From a candidate division FCPU426 bacterium (GTDB lineage Bacteria; Oederibacteriota; Muellerivitia; Muellerivitales; Muellerivitaceae), in the NCBI GenBank assembly GCA_963796105.1, contig CAWCKJ010000004.1, positions 448,001-512,000 of the forward strand: DNA of 64,000 nucleotides, read 5' to 3'. Numbering within the stretch: the stretch's first letter is position 1; each line of letters opens with the position of its first letter. Shown piece after piece: positions 39,778-49,880 of this stretch. A model generated the notes under the pieces. The model was not told the DNA's origin and ran no database searches. It worked only from the letters and a program-made list of their open reading frames with translations. The translations under genes were made by a program, and so were the position numbers.

Positions 39778-42365
39778 TCGGGGTTGACCTCCCGGATGGA
39801 ACGGACCCGAAGTGCCAATCGCGCCGGATAGATTCCCGCTAAAAGAGTGGCGGCCGCCACCCAGCTGAGGTCCCTCGCCAGCAAACCCCAGGGCACATGC
39901 CACTGGATGGTCCAGCCGAAGGATTGGACATTGATGACATAAATCAAAAGTAGCGCCAACAGGAATCCCAACCCCAACCCGAGCGCGATTCCGAGGATTC
40001 CCATCCACCCGGCTTCCCATAGGATACTCGTCTGGACCTGTCCTTGGGTGGCACCCAGGCAGCGGAGCATCGTGATCTCGCCTTTTCGCCCCAGGATCAA
40101 GGCCGCGAGGGTGGTCAGGATGCCGAGCACCGCCACCAGAACCGCGATAATTTCCATGGCGTAGGTAATGGTGAAGGTCCTGTCGAAAATCGCCATAACC
40201 TCCTTTTTCAGGGCCATGTTGGAGCGCGCGAAGACCTGAGTTCCGGGGGGGAGTCCAGCCAAAATTTTCTGTCGGGCCGACTCGACGTCCAGGCCGGGCT
40301 TCAGGTAAACCGCCACACCGTTGACGCCCTCGTCCTGGAAGAGTTTCGCGTAAACCGCCCGGTCCATCAAAAGGGTCCCCTGGTCGTTGGAATAATCAAA
40401 GTAAACGGCGCGGATAAAAAGGGATACGGGGCCGGAGGGCGTTTCCATGGGGAAATAGTCGCCCGCCTTGAAACGCTCCTTGAGTTCCAATGGTTCTGAT
40501 ATCACCACCGCCTTTTTCCCGCGGATTCCATCCAACAGGGAAGCCGATGTTCCCCCGGTCTTGAAAACCAGGTTGCCGTATTTCTCCAGCACATTCATGT
40601 CGAAGGCCGCCAGGTACAGATCCCCTCCCTTCCAGGGATATTGGATGCCCCTGAGCCTTTCCACCACCTGGACCCCCTCGGTGCGCGCGATGGCGGAAAC
40701 CGTCCCAGGAGAGATCAGGCTTTCCAACTCGCCGGCTGTATCCGACGCCGGTTTCAGATACAGGTCCGCCCTCAAGGTTTGGCCCAGCCAAAGGGTCACG
40801 GTTTCCCGGAAACTTCCCACCATGACCGTCACGCTGACTAGAAGGGCCACGCCCATGGCCAGGGCGCTGACTGCCACGCTGGTTCTCCCCAATCCCGAGA
40901 CCAGGTTCTTGTAGGCCAGCCTGAGGCTGAGGGGCAGACGGCTTCCCGCCAGTTTTTCCGCCGCCCCGAAAAGGAGTCGAATGAAAAAAGGCGTCAGGAA
41001 CGAAGTCCCCAGAAGAAGAAAAAACGCCGCGGCATACCCGCCGAGCGGGAGGCCGTTCACGGGAGGCAAATGATAAAGGCCTTCGCCGGAGGCGAGGCAA
41101 AGGAATCCTGCGGCGGCGAGAATCCATGCCCTGTCGGCCATCCGCGCCTGGACATGCCCGGGGCGAAGAGCCAACGACGGCTCGATGAGGGAGGCTGAAT
41201 AGGCCGGGGGAATGGACGAGGCGGCCACGAGAAGCGCTCCCAGGAAAGCCCAGAGAACCGCGGAGCCGGCGCCGGGAATATGGCTCCCGACCGACGCGAA
41301 AAGATAAAGGTCCCTGGCTGTGCCACCCACCAGTCTCAGGACTCCCGAAGCCATGGCTTTCCCCAGGAACAATCCCAGGAAGGCCCCTCCCGCCCCGTAC
41401 GCCGAGGCTTCGAACAGGACGAGGCACAGGATCTTGGCCCTGGTCAATCCCAGGGCCCGCAACAGGCCCAAGTCCCTGGTATGGCGGAGGACGGCGATGG
41501 ACATGGAATTGTAAACCAGGAAGAAGCCCACCCCGAGGGAAACCAGCGCGAGCGCCAGCAGGTTGGCGTGGAAGGCCTTCAGCATTTTTTCCACCTGCAG
41601 GTTCCGGCGGGAAGGCCTCTCTACGAGAAAAGAGGAGGGTAGTTTTTCCCGGAGGTCCTTTTCCAATTGGGCGCGGTCCGCTTCTTTCCCGACGGCCCAT
41701 TGGATCTCGTCCAAGACGCCTCTTTTACCGAAAGTTTCCTGGGCCGCCGCGATATCCATGACCGCGAAAGAGCCGTCCAAGGCCCGGCCGGCCCCCTGGC
41801 CGGACAACAATCCCTCGACCCGGAGGTTCTTTGTCTGGTCTCCCGAGAGAAAAGAGGCTTTGTCCCCGACCATGAGATGGTGGAGAAGGGCGAATTTTTT
41901 CGAGAGGATAATGGCGTCGGGTTCCGGAAGGATTTTCAGGAAATCTTTCCTCCCTAGCGGCTTGTCATCCTTGCCCAATACCTCGTAGTCCCGGATCTGG
42001 TCATCCTTGAGGAGGTCGGTTCCCAAGACCGACAACAGGTCCTTCGGGTTTTCTGCGGCGGCCAGTTTTCCCCAAACCACCGGCATCTGGACCGCCCCGT
42101 GTTTGGGGACGGAAACCAACCGGGCCATCCAGTCCTCGGGGAAAGGCACGCCCTTCTGGCGCACCGTGAGGTTGGCCTTGCCCGCCATGAGATCCACCGA
42201 TTCCTCGAAGGAGGACAGAACCGCGCCGCTTGAGAGTCGGATAGCCGTCACGAGCGCGATCCCCAGGGAGACGCCCAATAGCGTCAGGAGGCATCGGATG
42301 GGGTCCTGCCGGAAGTGCCGGTAAACCATGAGGGAGAACAACCGGAAGAGCCCGGGGTTAGCCAT
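39774..42365 (-). CDS. FtsX/MacB-type ABC permease (AttF/G-like, double domain)
   Basis: Two MacB-periplasmic plus FtsX halves; LLRALG, MLRCLGAT, VINVQSFGWT. Confidence 0.88.
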   Translation of the reverse strand: MANPGLFRLFSLMVYRHFRQDPIRCLLTLLGVSLGIALVTAIRLSSGAVLSSFEESVDLMAGKANLTVRQKGVPFPEDWMARLVSVPKHGAVQMPVVWGKLAAAENPKDLLSVLGTDLLKDDQIRDYEVLGKDDKPLGRKDFLKILPEPDAIILSKKFALLHHLMVGDKASFLSGDQTKNLRVEGLLSGQGAGRALDGSFAVMDIAAAQETFGKRGVLDEIQWAVGKEADRAQLEKDLREKLPSSFLVERPSRRNLQVEKMLKAFHANLLALALVSLGVGFFLVYNSMSIAVLRHTRDLGLLRALGLTRAKILCLVLFEASAYGAGGAFLGLFLGKAMASGVLRLVGGTARDLYLFASVGSHIPGAGSAVLWAFLGALLVAASSIPPAYSASLIEPSLALRPGHVQARMADRAWILAAAGFLCLASGEGLYHLPPVNGLPLGGYAAAFFLLLGTSFLTPFFIRLLFGAAEKLAGSRLPLSLRLAYKNLVSGLGRTSVAVSALAMGVALLVSVTVMVGSFRETVTLWLGQTLRADLYLKPASDTAGELESLISPGTVSAIARTEGVQVVERLRGIQYPWKGGDLYLAAFDMNVLEKYGNLVFKTGGTSASLLDGIRGKKAVVISEPLELKERFKAGDYFPMETPSGPVSLFIRAVYFDYSNDQGTLLMDRAVYAKLFQDEGVNGVAVYLKPGLDVESARQKILAGLPPGTQVFARSNMALKKEVMAIFDRTFTITYAMEIIAVLVAVLGILTTLAALILGRKGEITMLRCLGATQGQVQTSILWEAGWMGILGIALGLGLGFLLALLLIYVINVQSFGWTIQWHVPWGLLARDLSWVAAATLLAGIYPARLALRVRSIREVNPE

Positions 42366-43062
42366 GGGCGCTTTTCTTCTGGGGATAAAGGCCGGTGACC
42401 TGCCCGTCCCTGAGGAAAAGGTGGGTGTCCCCGATGCCGCCTGTTTCCCGGCTGTGGGTGGCCATCAGCACCGCGGTTCCCTCGGCCCGGGCGGCCTGGG
42501 ATAGAAGCTTGAGGACTTCCTGGCCGTTGGCGGTATCCAGGTTCCCGGTGGGCTCATCCGCCAGCAGAAGCTTGGGCTTGTGGATCAAGGCCCGGGCGAT
42601 CGCGACCCTTTGCTGTTCCCCGCCGGAAAGCTGGTGGGGGCGCCGGCCCCGCTTGTCGAGAATGCCCACCTGGTCCAGGATCTTCTCGGCCTTTTTGCGG
42701 GTTTCCTTGCGCGAGCGGCCCGCCAGCAGGAGGGGCAGCTCGACGTTTTCCAGGGCGGTGAAGGTTTCCAAAAGGTTGAAAAATTGGAAGACGAAACCGA
42801 CGCAAGTGCGGCGGAACAGGCTGAGTTCCTTGTCCCCGAAGGCTTCCAAGGGGCGTCCATCGAAACTAATTTCCCCGCGCGTCGGGACTTCCATGCCCCC
42901 CAAAAGATGCAGGAGGGTGCTCTTGCCGCAGCCGGAAGGGCCCGTGACGGCGATAAATTCCCCGGACTTGACCTTGAAACTCACGTCCTTCAAGGCCATG
43001 ACATCCCCACCCTCGGTGGGATAGGTTTTGGAGATGTTCTTGACTTCCACCAATGAAGGCAT
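42358..43062 (-). CDS. ABC transporter ATP-binding protein (LolD/AttE-like)
   Basis: GPSGCGKST, LSGGEQQR, ADEPTGNLD. Confidence 0.93.
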   Translation of the reverse strand: MPSLVEVKNISKTYPTEGGDVMALKDVSFKVKSGEFIAVTGPSGCGKSTLLHLLGGMEVPTRGEISFDGRPLEAFGDKELSLFRRTCVGFVFQFFNLLETFTALENVELPLLLAGRSRKETRKKAEKILDQVGILDKRGRRPHQLSGGEQQRVAIARALIHKPKLLLADEPTGNLDTANGQEVLKLLSQAARAEGTAVLMATHSRETGGIGDTHLFLRDGQVTGLYPQKKSAHG

Positions 43063-43225
43063 TGTTATCCTTTATCGTCCGGTTTCGCGAAGTAAAACCA
43101 CGGATTGGGTTTTCCAAAACGGGGGAAAAACGTATTATAACAACTCCCGACGGGGTTCAAACCCAATGCATTGCCATTCGTTTTGAGCCCTCTTACAATG
43201 TCAATAAAGAGAGAGGGATGGCTCC

Positions 43226-43729
43226 ATGAAAATTTTGCATTCGTTTGTTTTCACTTTCTGGTATGGGACCATGCTTTACTTGACCTTCATCCAGGCCCCC
43301 CTCCTTTTCAAGACACTTCCCCGTCAGCTTTTCGGCGAGGTCCAAAGCCATCTTTTCCCGGCCTATTACTGGATCAGCTACCTCTGCGGGGCGCTTCTGG
43401 TGATCACATTCCATTTGCTTCATCCCCTGAAGAATTACCTGCCGGAGGACTGCGTTAAGATCACCCTGCTGTGCCTGATGCTGGCTTTTTCACTCGTCCA
43501 GGGCCTATGGATCGGGCCTAAAACCGGCAGGCTGCGGTTGGAAATCCAGGCCCTCCGACAGGAAACAAGCCAAACCCCCGGCCCATCACCGGAACCCGGC
43601 AAGCTGGAGGAACTCACCGGCGCCTTTGGCAAGGCCCACATGGTCTCCAGCCTTGTCAACTTGTTCGTGATCATCGGAGGAACCTGGTATTTCATTCTTT
43701 TGATCAAGGAAGCGGGACCCAAGGTTTGA
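43226..43729 (+). CDS. DUF4149/TMEM205-like membrane protein
   Basis: AP.LF..LPR..FG.VQ..LFP.YY and F...H..SS..N motifs. Confidence 0.75.
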   Translation: MKILHSFVFTFWYGTMLYLTFIQAPLLFKTLPRQLFGEVQSHLFPAYYWISYLCGALLVITFHLLHPLKNYLPEDCVKITLLCLMLAFSLVQGLWIGPKTGRLRLEIQALRQETSQTPGPSPEPGKLEELTGAFGKAHMVSSLVNLFVIIGGTWYFILLIKEAGPKV

Positions 43730-44682
43730 TGCCTCAAGATTCCATGACCAAAAATCCAAACTTTTTCCGGAACCGGAAAGGGATCGGAATAAAGGCTTTT
43801 TCCCGGATGACCCTGGTTCTTTTGGCGGGAGCGCTCAATCTGGTAACCGTAGAATCAAGCCTGGCTTTTTTTGAGCCGAGGCCCAAGGAACCCCTTCCGG
43901 TGTTAGAGCCGATCCTGGGAGCCTGGGGCGACTCCGGGGGTCAAAACGTCGATGGGCTGATCGAGTGCGGCGACTACCTATTCAACAACGCCGAAAGAAG
44001 CCGAAGCTTCTCATCGGGAAAAACCCGCGGAAGGCAAAAAGTCGTCATCCGCTATTCCAAAAATTCCTCCCCCTCCGGGAAGAAAAATTATGATTACCCT
44101 ACCCTCTTGCAGGCGGCCGAATATTGGAGGGAAGCCCTCCGGGTTTCCCCGGGCCGCTTGGACGTTTATTATAAATTAGCCAATCTTTACCAGATCATGG
44201 GGGATTTCGAGTCCCAATACGCTGTCCTCGTCCAGTCCTTCCAATACGGCTCAAGGCATCCCGGCAAATTGCGGTGGCTTCAAAACCAAAATCTTCCGGA
44301 CCTGCCCAAAAGGTTCATCCCCGATTCGGTGCAGGAATACGCATCCTATTACTTGGACCAGGGCGAGGCGCGAAACCTCGAAAAGGCCCGCCGCCTTTCC
44401 AGGCTGACCATGACCTTCTTCCCGAACCATCCCGCCCCCTACAACTGGCTGGCGGCCTATTTCGCCCAGGTAAAAGATTGGCCCCACTCCTTGAAATACC
44501 TCCTTATCGCCAGCCAGAAAGATCCCCAGAACAGCCTGGTGCTTTGCAACATCGGCAATATCCTGGCGGAATTGGGCAAGAAAAGGGAGGCCAGGATCTT
44601 TTACGCGAAAGTGGTGGCCTTGAACAACGATCCCTGGAGTTCGAGGAATGCCCGCAGGGCCCTAACGACTTCGAAAGACTAA
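43726..44682 (+). CDS. Secreted TPR protein
   Basis: Signal-like hydrophobic segment; several TPR units. Confidence 0.7.
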   Translation: MMPQDSMTKNPNFFRNRKGIGIKAFSRMTLVLLAGALNLVTVESSLAFFEPRPKEPLPVLEPILGAWGDSGGQNVDGLIECGDYLFNNAERSRSFSSGKTRGRQKVVIRYSKNSSPSGKKNYDYPTLLQAAEYWREALRVSPGRLDVYYKLANLYQIMGDFESQYAVLVQSFQYGSRHPGKLRWLQNQNLPDLPKRFIPDSVQEYASYYLDQGEARNLEKARRLSRLTMTFFPNHPAPYNWLAAYFAQVKDWPHSLKYLLIASQKDPQNSLVLCNIGNILAELGKKREARIFYAKVVALNNDPWSSRNARRALTTSKD

Positions 44683-44757
44683 CCCACTCCTTTCAAACAC
44701 TCCATTAATTGGCTCCCACCCCTTGATTCCCGGGGCAGGTTTCTGTAATTTTGTTAG

Positions 44758-45432
44758 ATGAAAACTATTATCAAGGAACAAAGAAAAAGAAACTCATTGG
44801 CGCCCGCCTTGAATTCCTCCCAAAAAATCCGTGAGCTCATTTGCGAGTTATGCCGCCATTTTTACCAGAAGGGATGGGCTTCCGGCACCGGCGGGGGAAT
44901 TTCCATCAAGAGCGGGGATCGGATTTACATGGCCCCCAGCGCCGTTCCGAAAGAGCGGCTCCAGCCCGAGGACATCTTTGTTCTCGATGACGAAGGAATC
45001 CCCTTGGAAGAGCCGGGGCGGGGCCTGACCCTTTCCCAATGCGCCCCTCTTTTCATGCACGCCTATCAAATCCGCGGGGCCGGAGCGGTTCTCCACAGCC
45101 ACTCCGTGAACGCCGTCCTGGCGACCCTTTTGTTCGACAAGGAATTCAAAATCAAGAACATGGAAATGCAGAAAGGCATCGAGGGTTACGGGGCCTTCGA
45201 CACGGTGTCTGTTCCCATCATCGAGAACACCGCCTTCGAGCGGGACCTGGCGGATTCCCTGGGGGAGGCCATCCGGAAGAACCCGAAGACGCGCGCGATC
45301 CTGGTCCGGGGGCATGGGGTTTATGTCTGGGGCCGCGATTGGAAACAAGCCAAGACCCACGCCGAATGTTATGACTATCTTTTCGAGACAGCCGAAAGGA
45401 TGAAACAATTGGGGATAACTTCAAATACGTAA
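44758..45432 (+). CDS. mtnB: Methylthioribulose-1-phosphate dehydratase (eukaryotic APIP/Mde1-like)
   Basis: GTGGGISIK, SQCAPLF, GAGAVLHSHS, VPIIENT, HGVYVWG, ECYDYLF. Confidence 0.93.
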   Translation: MKTIIKEQRKRNSLAPALNSSQKIRELICELCRHFYQKGWASGTGGGISIKSGDRIYMAPSAVPKERLQPEDIFVLDDEGIPLEEPGRGLTLSQCAPLFMHAYQIRGAGAVLHSHSVNAVLATLLFDKEFKIKNMEMQKGIEGYGAFDTVSVPIIENTAFERDLADSLGEAIRKNPKTRAILVRGHGVYVWGRDWKQAKTHAECYDYLFETAERMKQLGITSNT

Positions 45433-45536
45433 TTTTAGATTTTAAATTCTAAGTTTTAAATGAATGAACATTTTCTTCCTGATTTATGTAAGAAAATGAA
45501 CAACAATTCAAAATTTAAAATTCACAATTTAAAATT
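45431..45536. repeat. Inverted arrays of AT-rich heptamers (similar array at 50876-50907)
   Basis: TTTTAGA TTTTAAA TTCTAAG TTTTAAA ... ATTCAAA ATTTAAA ATTCACA ATTTAAA. Confidence 0.6.
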
Positions 45537-45559
45537 TTCATTTCGAGGGGGAGGCTGTT

Positions 45560-46024
45560 ATGAAAGCTAATTGGCTGGAGACTGAAAAAAACATTACGGT
45601 GGAGGAACTCCGTTCCCACGGTGTCACTTACGAGCGGTTCGAGACTGATGAGGCTGTTTACAAGGCTCCTCTCGAACAAATCATGCGGGAGCGGGGCTAT
45701 GTGACCATGGACCAGGTGAAGATGTGGCCAGAAATGCCCAACTTCGACGCCTTGAACCAGAAATTCCTCGGGGAGCACCTGCACACCGACGACGAGGTCC
45801 GCTTCGTGCTGGCCGGGGCCGGGGTGTTCGAAATCCGGAGCCTGGAGGACAAATGGATGAAAATCACGGTGGAACCATGCGATTTCATCCTGGTCCCTGC
45901 CAACCGCTTCCACCGCTTTTACCTCACTTCCGCGAAAAACATCCATTGCGTGCGGTTGTTCAAGGACTCCTCGGGCTGGACTCCCCTTTACCGCAGGGAT
46001 CTCGAGGCAACTGCGGCGAAATAA
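45560..46024 (+). CDS. mtnD: Acireductone dioxygenase (ARD cupin)
   Basis: EHLHTDDEVR, G.G.F, VPA..FHRF; adjacent to mtnB. Confidence 0.92.
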   Translation: MKANWLETEKNITVEELRSHGVTYERFETDEAVYKAPLEQIMRERGYVTMDQVKMWPEMPNFDALNQKFLGEHLHTDDEVRFVLAGAGVFEIRSLEDKWMKITVEPCDFILVPANRFHRFYLTSAKNIHCVRLFKDSSGWTPLYRRDLEATAAK

Positions 46025-46124
46025 AACCGATCTCAGCGTTTATCCAACCCCCTCTTAGGTTTATAATCGACCCGAAAAGTGTTCTGGGATTTTCCCGCCT
46101 TTCAATCATTCCGTGGAGATTTCC

Positions 46125-46661
46125 ATGGCCGATTACATCCTGAAGCCGGGAAACAAGCGCTTGCCCTCCGCGACTTTTCTCCTGGAGGAAATACACAAAC
46201 GCGGAATTCCCGTTGAAATCAACGTCACAGGCACGGTTGACCAATGGGAAGCCATCCGGTTTTTCGAGCCAGGCCCCCCGGAAATCGAGTGTTTCGCGAC
46301 TTTTGACCAGGAAAACCCACGATTCATATTGACTGTCCCAAAGGACTCCCCTGAGTTATCCTCCGACCTTCGTCTGCTTTTAGCCCATATCTTTTTATCG
46401 GAAGTCGGCGGCACCGTGACCGATTCTTCAACTGGAGAAAATTATGACGCCCCCAAAATCGCCGCCAGGGTCAGGCAGTTCCAGCCTTCCAAAAGCGGAA
46501 TCAGCGAATCCCTTTGGCTGATTTTTTCCTGGGCGGTACTGCCCTTGGCCGCCCTGGCTTACTTCGCGGTTCCCCACCAACTCAGGATCCTGGTGATCGG
46601 GGTCGCGGTCCTGGCTTTTTTCAGCGCAGTCGGACAAACCTATTCCAAACTCAAGTCCTGA
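46125..46661 (+). CDS. Hypothetical protein with two C-terminal TM helices
   Basis: GGAG RBS; stop overlaps the queG start. Confidence 0.6.
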   Translation: MADYILKPGNKRLPSATFLLEEIHKRGIPVEINVTGTVDQWEAIRFFEPGPPEIECFATFDQENPRFILTVPKDSPELSSDLRLLLAHIFLSEVGGTVTDSSTGENYDAPKIAARVRQFQPSKSGISESLWLIFSWAVLPLAALAYFAVPHQLRILVIGVAVLAFFSAVGQTYSKLKS

Positions 46662-47575
46662 TGGACGTTCTCGGGGTCACCCAAAAACTCAAGGAAAAAT
46701 CCTATTCGCTCGGTTTTGAGCTTGCTGGGGCCGCTCGCGCGGTTCCCTCTCCCGATTACTCTTACTTCCTCGAATGGCTGGGCCGCGGTTACGCCGGGGA
46801 AATGGGTTATTTGGAAAGGCGCAAGGCTGAGCGGGGAAACCCGCAGTCGCTCCTCCCGGGCGCGAAATCCATTTTCTGCCTGGCCCTCAGTTATAACCCG
46901 AAGCCCGAGCATTATCCCCTTCTCGAAAAGCATCCCATCTCCTGCTACGCCTGGGGGAAGGACTACCACCTAGTCCTGGGTGAGAAGTTGGAAACCCTCA
47001 GCCAATATCTTTCCCGGGAACTGGTTCCCGGGGCCAAGGCCAAATGGTACGTGGACACAAGCCCTCTCTTGGAACGAAGCTACGCGGCCCAGGCTGGTTT
47101 AGGTTGGATCGGCAAAAACACCTTGCTCCTGAACAAGGACTTCGGGTCCTTCCTGTTCCTGGGGGAAATCCTGACGGACGCGGAGCTCTCTTACGATGAG
47201 CCTCCCGCCAACCTTTGCAAAACCTGCACATTCTGCATGGACGCCTGCCCCGTGGGAGCGCTGGAGGAGCCCGGGGTTTTGAACGCGACCAAGTGCATCA
47301 GCTACCTCACCCTGGAGCACCGGTCCGAGTTGCTCAAGAGCAGGGACCTTCACGGATACCTGGCGGGCTGCGACCTGTGCCAGACGGTTTGTCCTTATAA
47401 CGCCAACGCACCCGCCGGACGGGAGGAATCCTTCAAACCGAGGGGGGAAATTCTTGAACTGACCAGCGAAAAGGCAAGTCAAATGGGTGAAAAAGAATTC
47501 AAAAATTTTACGAAAGAATCCGCTTTGGAAAGAATTAAATTCCCAATGTGGATGAGAAACGCCCAAACACAATAA
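46661..47575 (+). CDS. queG: Epoxyqueuosine reductase
   Basis: YAWGKDYH, VDT.P.LER, AGLGWIGKN, CxxCxxCxxxCP, CISY.T.E, GCD.CQ.VCP.N. Confidence 0.93.
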   Translation: MDVLGVTQKLKEKSYSLGFELAGAARAVPSPDYSYFLEWLGRGYAGEMGYLERRKAERGNPQSLLPGAKSIFCLALSYNPKPEHYPLLEKHPISCYAWGKDYHLVLGEKLETLSQYLSRELVPGAKAKWYVDTSPLLERSYAAQAGLGWIGKNTLLLNKDFGSFLFLGEILTDAELSYDEPPANLCKTCTFCMDACPVGALEEPGVLNATKCISYLTLEHRSELLKSRDLHGYLAGCDLCQTVCPYNANAPAGREESFKPRGEILELTSEKASQMGEKEFKNFTKESALERIKFPMWMRNAQTQ

Positions 47576-48355
47576 TCAAACCGGTAATGGAATCTTCGGC
47601 ACCAGGCTCAAGTCCACTTGGCCCATGCCGGGCGCTCCGGCTTCACGGACTTTTTCGAAGAAGTTATCCGCTTTTTCCCTCAGTTCTTTCAAATCAACAC
47701 CCATGTAATGGGCGGGCAGGCGGTTCCATTTATCGCAAGCTTTCTCATAAAGACCCATGGCGCCGGCGAAATTGCCTTTCTGGTAGTGGTTCAAGGCGAT
47801 GGCCAGTTGGATGATCCCCTGGTAATGCAGGTGATCCATTCCCTCGGACCTCATCCAGATATCCTCGACCATCTCATGGCACTCGAAATATTCACCCTTG
47901 TTGAAAAGCCTGATTCCTTCCAGGTATTCGTGGGCATAAGGGTTTTTGTTTTCCTCTTCCCAGTTTTTCTCGGACAATTCCCGTATCAGGGTTTGGTCGG
48001 CGTCAGGAAAGTTGAATTTGAAAAGTTCATTTGGAAGCGCCCAGGCGAAATCGGCGACCTCGATTTTCTTGGGCTCGCCCCCGACGTGCCGACAAAGAAA
48101 AATGTTGAGCCTCACGGTCCGCGCGGGATAACGGTAATTGACGATCTTGTAGAACTTCAGGACCTCCACCTCGATATCCAGTTCTTCCTTGATCTCGCGG
48201 ACGATGCATTCCCGAAGGGATTCCGTCGGCTCTTTTTTACCGCCCGGGAGCTCCCAGAAACCCCCGAAGGAATCCTCCGGCTTTCGCTGGGTGATGAGGT
48301 ACCGGCCGTCCTTATAAATCAGGGCCGCGCCTACTTCCAAGGGTGTTTGGTTCAC
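47576..48355 (-). CDS. MutT-like Nudix hydrolase fused to a DUF309 domain
   Basis: WELPGGK.EPTE......REIKEEL Nudix box; C-terminal FN.GEYFECHE..E..W...QGIIQ.A. Confidence 0.85.
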   Translation of the reverse strand: MNQTPLEVGAALIYKDGRYLITQRKPEDSFGGFWELPGGKKEPTESLRECIVREIKEELDIEVEVLKFYKIVNYRYPARTVRLNIFLCRHVGGEPKKIEVADFAWALPNELFKFNFPDADQTLIRELSEKNWEEENKNPYAHEYLEGIRLFNKGEYFECHEMVEDIWMRSEGMDHLHYQGIIQLAIALNHYQKGNFAGAMGLYEKACDKWNRLPAHYMGVDLKELREKADNFFEKVREAGAPGMGQVDLSLVPKIPLPV

Positions 48356-48726
48356 TGGTTCCTCTTCCGCTTGTTTTCCTGGCGGCGTTTCCCGCGCCTC
48401 TTCTTACGCGCAAAAGACATTTTCGCCTTTTCGGAAGGCTGTGGCAAACCTTCCCCGGCGATAAAGGTGGTCTTGCGTTCCTTGGGCAGGCTCTTGACTT
48501 GGTATTCCCTCCTCAGGGCCGAAGAATAATCAGCCTGTGGCTCCTGAAAAACCAGCCTGACCGGGGAATGAGTGGCTGTATATTTGCTGCCTTTTCCGGA
48601 GTTATGGGCCTCGATGCGTTTCTCCACGTCCTTGGCGATGCCCGTGTAATAGGACCCGTCGGCGCACTCGGCGATGTAAAGGCTCCAAGATCCCTCGGGT
48701 TTCCGCTTCAAGAATTCCTCCATCAA
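48352..48726 (-). CDS. GIY-YIG nuclease (UPF0213/YhbQ-like) with basic C-terminal tail
   Basis: LYIAECADGSYYTGI, R...HN.GKGSKYT, ALRRE..VK. Confidence 0.88.
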   Translation of the reverse strand: MMEEFLKRKPEGSWSLYIAECADGSYYTGIAKDVEKRIEAHNSGKGSKYTATHSPVRLVFQEPQADYSSALRREYQVKSLPKERKTTFIAGEGLPQPSEKAKMSFARKKRRGKRRQENKRKRNQ

Positions 48727-48744
48727 AATTAAAAATAATCTCTC

Positions 48745-48956
48745 GCCACAGATTCATGGGATTCATGGGATTCAACAAGTCTAGATCGTGACAAAGGCTT
48801 TGCCTTTGCGCCCGCTGGGCGATATGGCCCTGCCTGCGGACCGTGGAAAAATTAATTTTTCCATTGGCCGTCGGCTGAGCCATAGAACACGATCGATAAA
48901 CTTTTCATGCAAAATCTAATTTCTTTTCCATCCCCTGCATCCCCTGAATCCGTGGC
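48745..48956 (-). repeat. Repeat shell A, copy 3, with module B (48784-48894)
   Basis: Near-identical reverse complement of 55190-55401; shared flank extends to about 49025. Confidence 0.92.
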
Positions 48957-49046
48957 AAAGGACTTAGTTTTGCTTAACGCCTTTTAGAACTAAAAAGCCT
49001 GATTTTATTTATCTTTGTTCCCTAGATTTTGTTTGGTTTGAAACAT

Positions 49047-49880
49047 TTAATCTACGAATACGATATCACCGATAGGCGGCACTAGCTGTTTCTCGGCGCC
49101 CTCGCCCAGGAACAGCCGGATGGCCTTTTTTCCTTCCTCTCCCATATCCACCGTTCTCTCGTTGACCCACATACCGACGAAACGGTCGGCCACGTCCTTG
49201 GAAAGCCCCCGACCGAAGGCCAGGGCGTAATCCAGCGCCTCATTCCGGTGCGCCAAGGAATACTCGATGGATTTTTTCAGGTGTTTCGAGACCTTCTTTT
49301 TCAAATCATCCCCCAGGTCCTTTCGGATGGCGTTCAAACCCATCGGCAAAGGCAGGGCGGTCTTTTGGTACCACCATTCCCCCAGTTCCAGCACCATTTG
49401 AAGTCCCTTTTCCTTGTATGTCAGCTGGCCCTCATGAATGAGCAAACCAGCGTCCACCTTTCCCTCAGAAACCAGGTCCATGATGCGCTCAAAATCCACT
49501 ACGACTTCCTTGAACTCGGGCAAGCGGAGCCTTAAGGCCAGGTAGGCGCTGGTCAGCTTTCCTGGCACCGCGATGGTTTTACCCCTCAAATGCTCAATGG
49601 TCAGAGCCGTTTTAGCCACCACCATAGGACCGTAGTTCTTGCCGATGCTTCCCCCGTGAGTGAGGATGTCGTACTTGTCCTTTACGTAGGCGTAGGCGTG
49701 CGCCGAAAGGGCCGTGACTTCCATTCGGCCTTCCCTGGCCCAATCGTTGAGAGTCTGGATATCCTTGAGCACATGTTCGTATTCAACATCCTCGGTGTCG
49801 ATTTTTCCCTTGGCCAGCCCGTAAAACATGAAGGCGTCATCCGAGTCCGGGCTGTGCGCCAGTTTAATTTTAATATTCAT
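49047..49880 (-). CDS. mqnD: MqnD-like 1,4-dihydroxy-6-naphthoate synthase (futalosine menaquinone pathway)
   Basis: HSPDSDDAFMFY, DIQTLN, YGP, IAVPG.LTSA, LLIHEGQLTY, LPLPMG. Confidence 0.85.
   Translation of the reverse strand: MNIKIKLAHSPDSDDAFMFYGLAKGKIDTEDVEYEHVLKDIQTLNDWAREGRMEVTALSAHAYAYVKDKYDILTHGGSIGKNYGPMVVAKTALTIEHLRGKTIAVPGKLTSAYLALRLRLPEFKEVVVDFERIMDLVSEGKVDAGLLIHEGQLTYKEKGLQMVLELGEWWYQKTALPLPMGLNAIRKDLGDDLKKKVSKHLKKSIEYSLAHRNEALDYALAFGRGLSKDVADRFVGMWVNERTVDMGEEGKKAIRLFLGEGAEKQLVPPIGDIVFVD

Noticed and set aside
43148..43168. GGGGTTCAAACCC resembling a tRNA T-arm, a possible missing 3' half of tRNA-Ser
   Set aside because: Stem pairs for only 2-3 bp, there is no TCTCTCC acceptor strand or CCA, and it lies in a divergent promoter region.
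48352..48726. GIY-YIG nuclease as the mobiliser of the adjacent composite repeat
   Set aside because: The repeat is on one side only and the gene is coupled to a housekeeping-type Nudix gene; adjacency alone is insufficient.
48602..48883. Small ORFs with similar peptides (GKINFS, LNP) here and at 55173-55358, 3945-4262, 9886-10161
   Set aside because: Translations of repeat shell A and module B, not conserved in frame or start.
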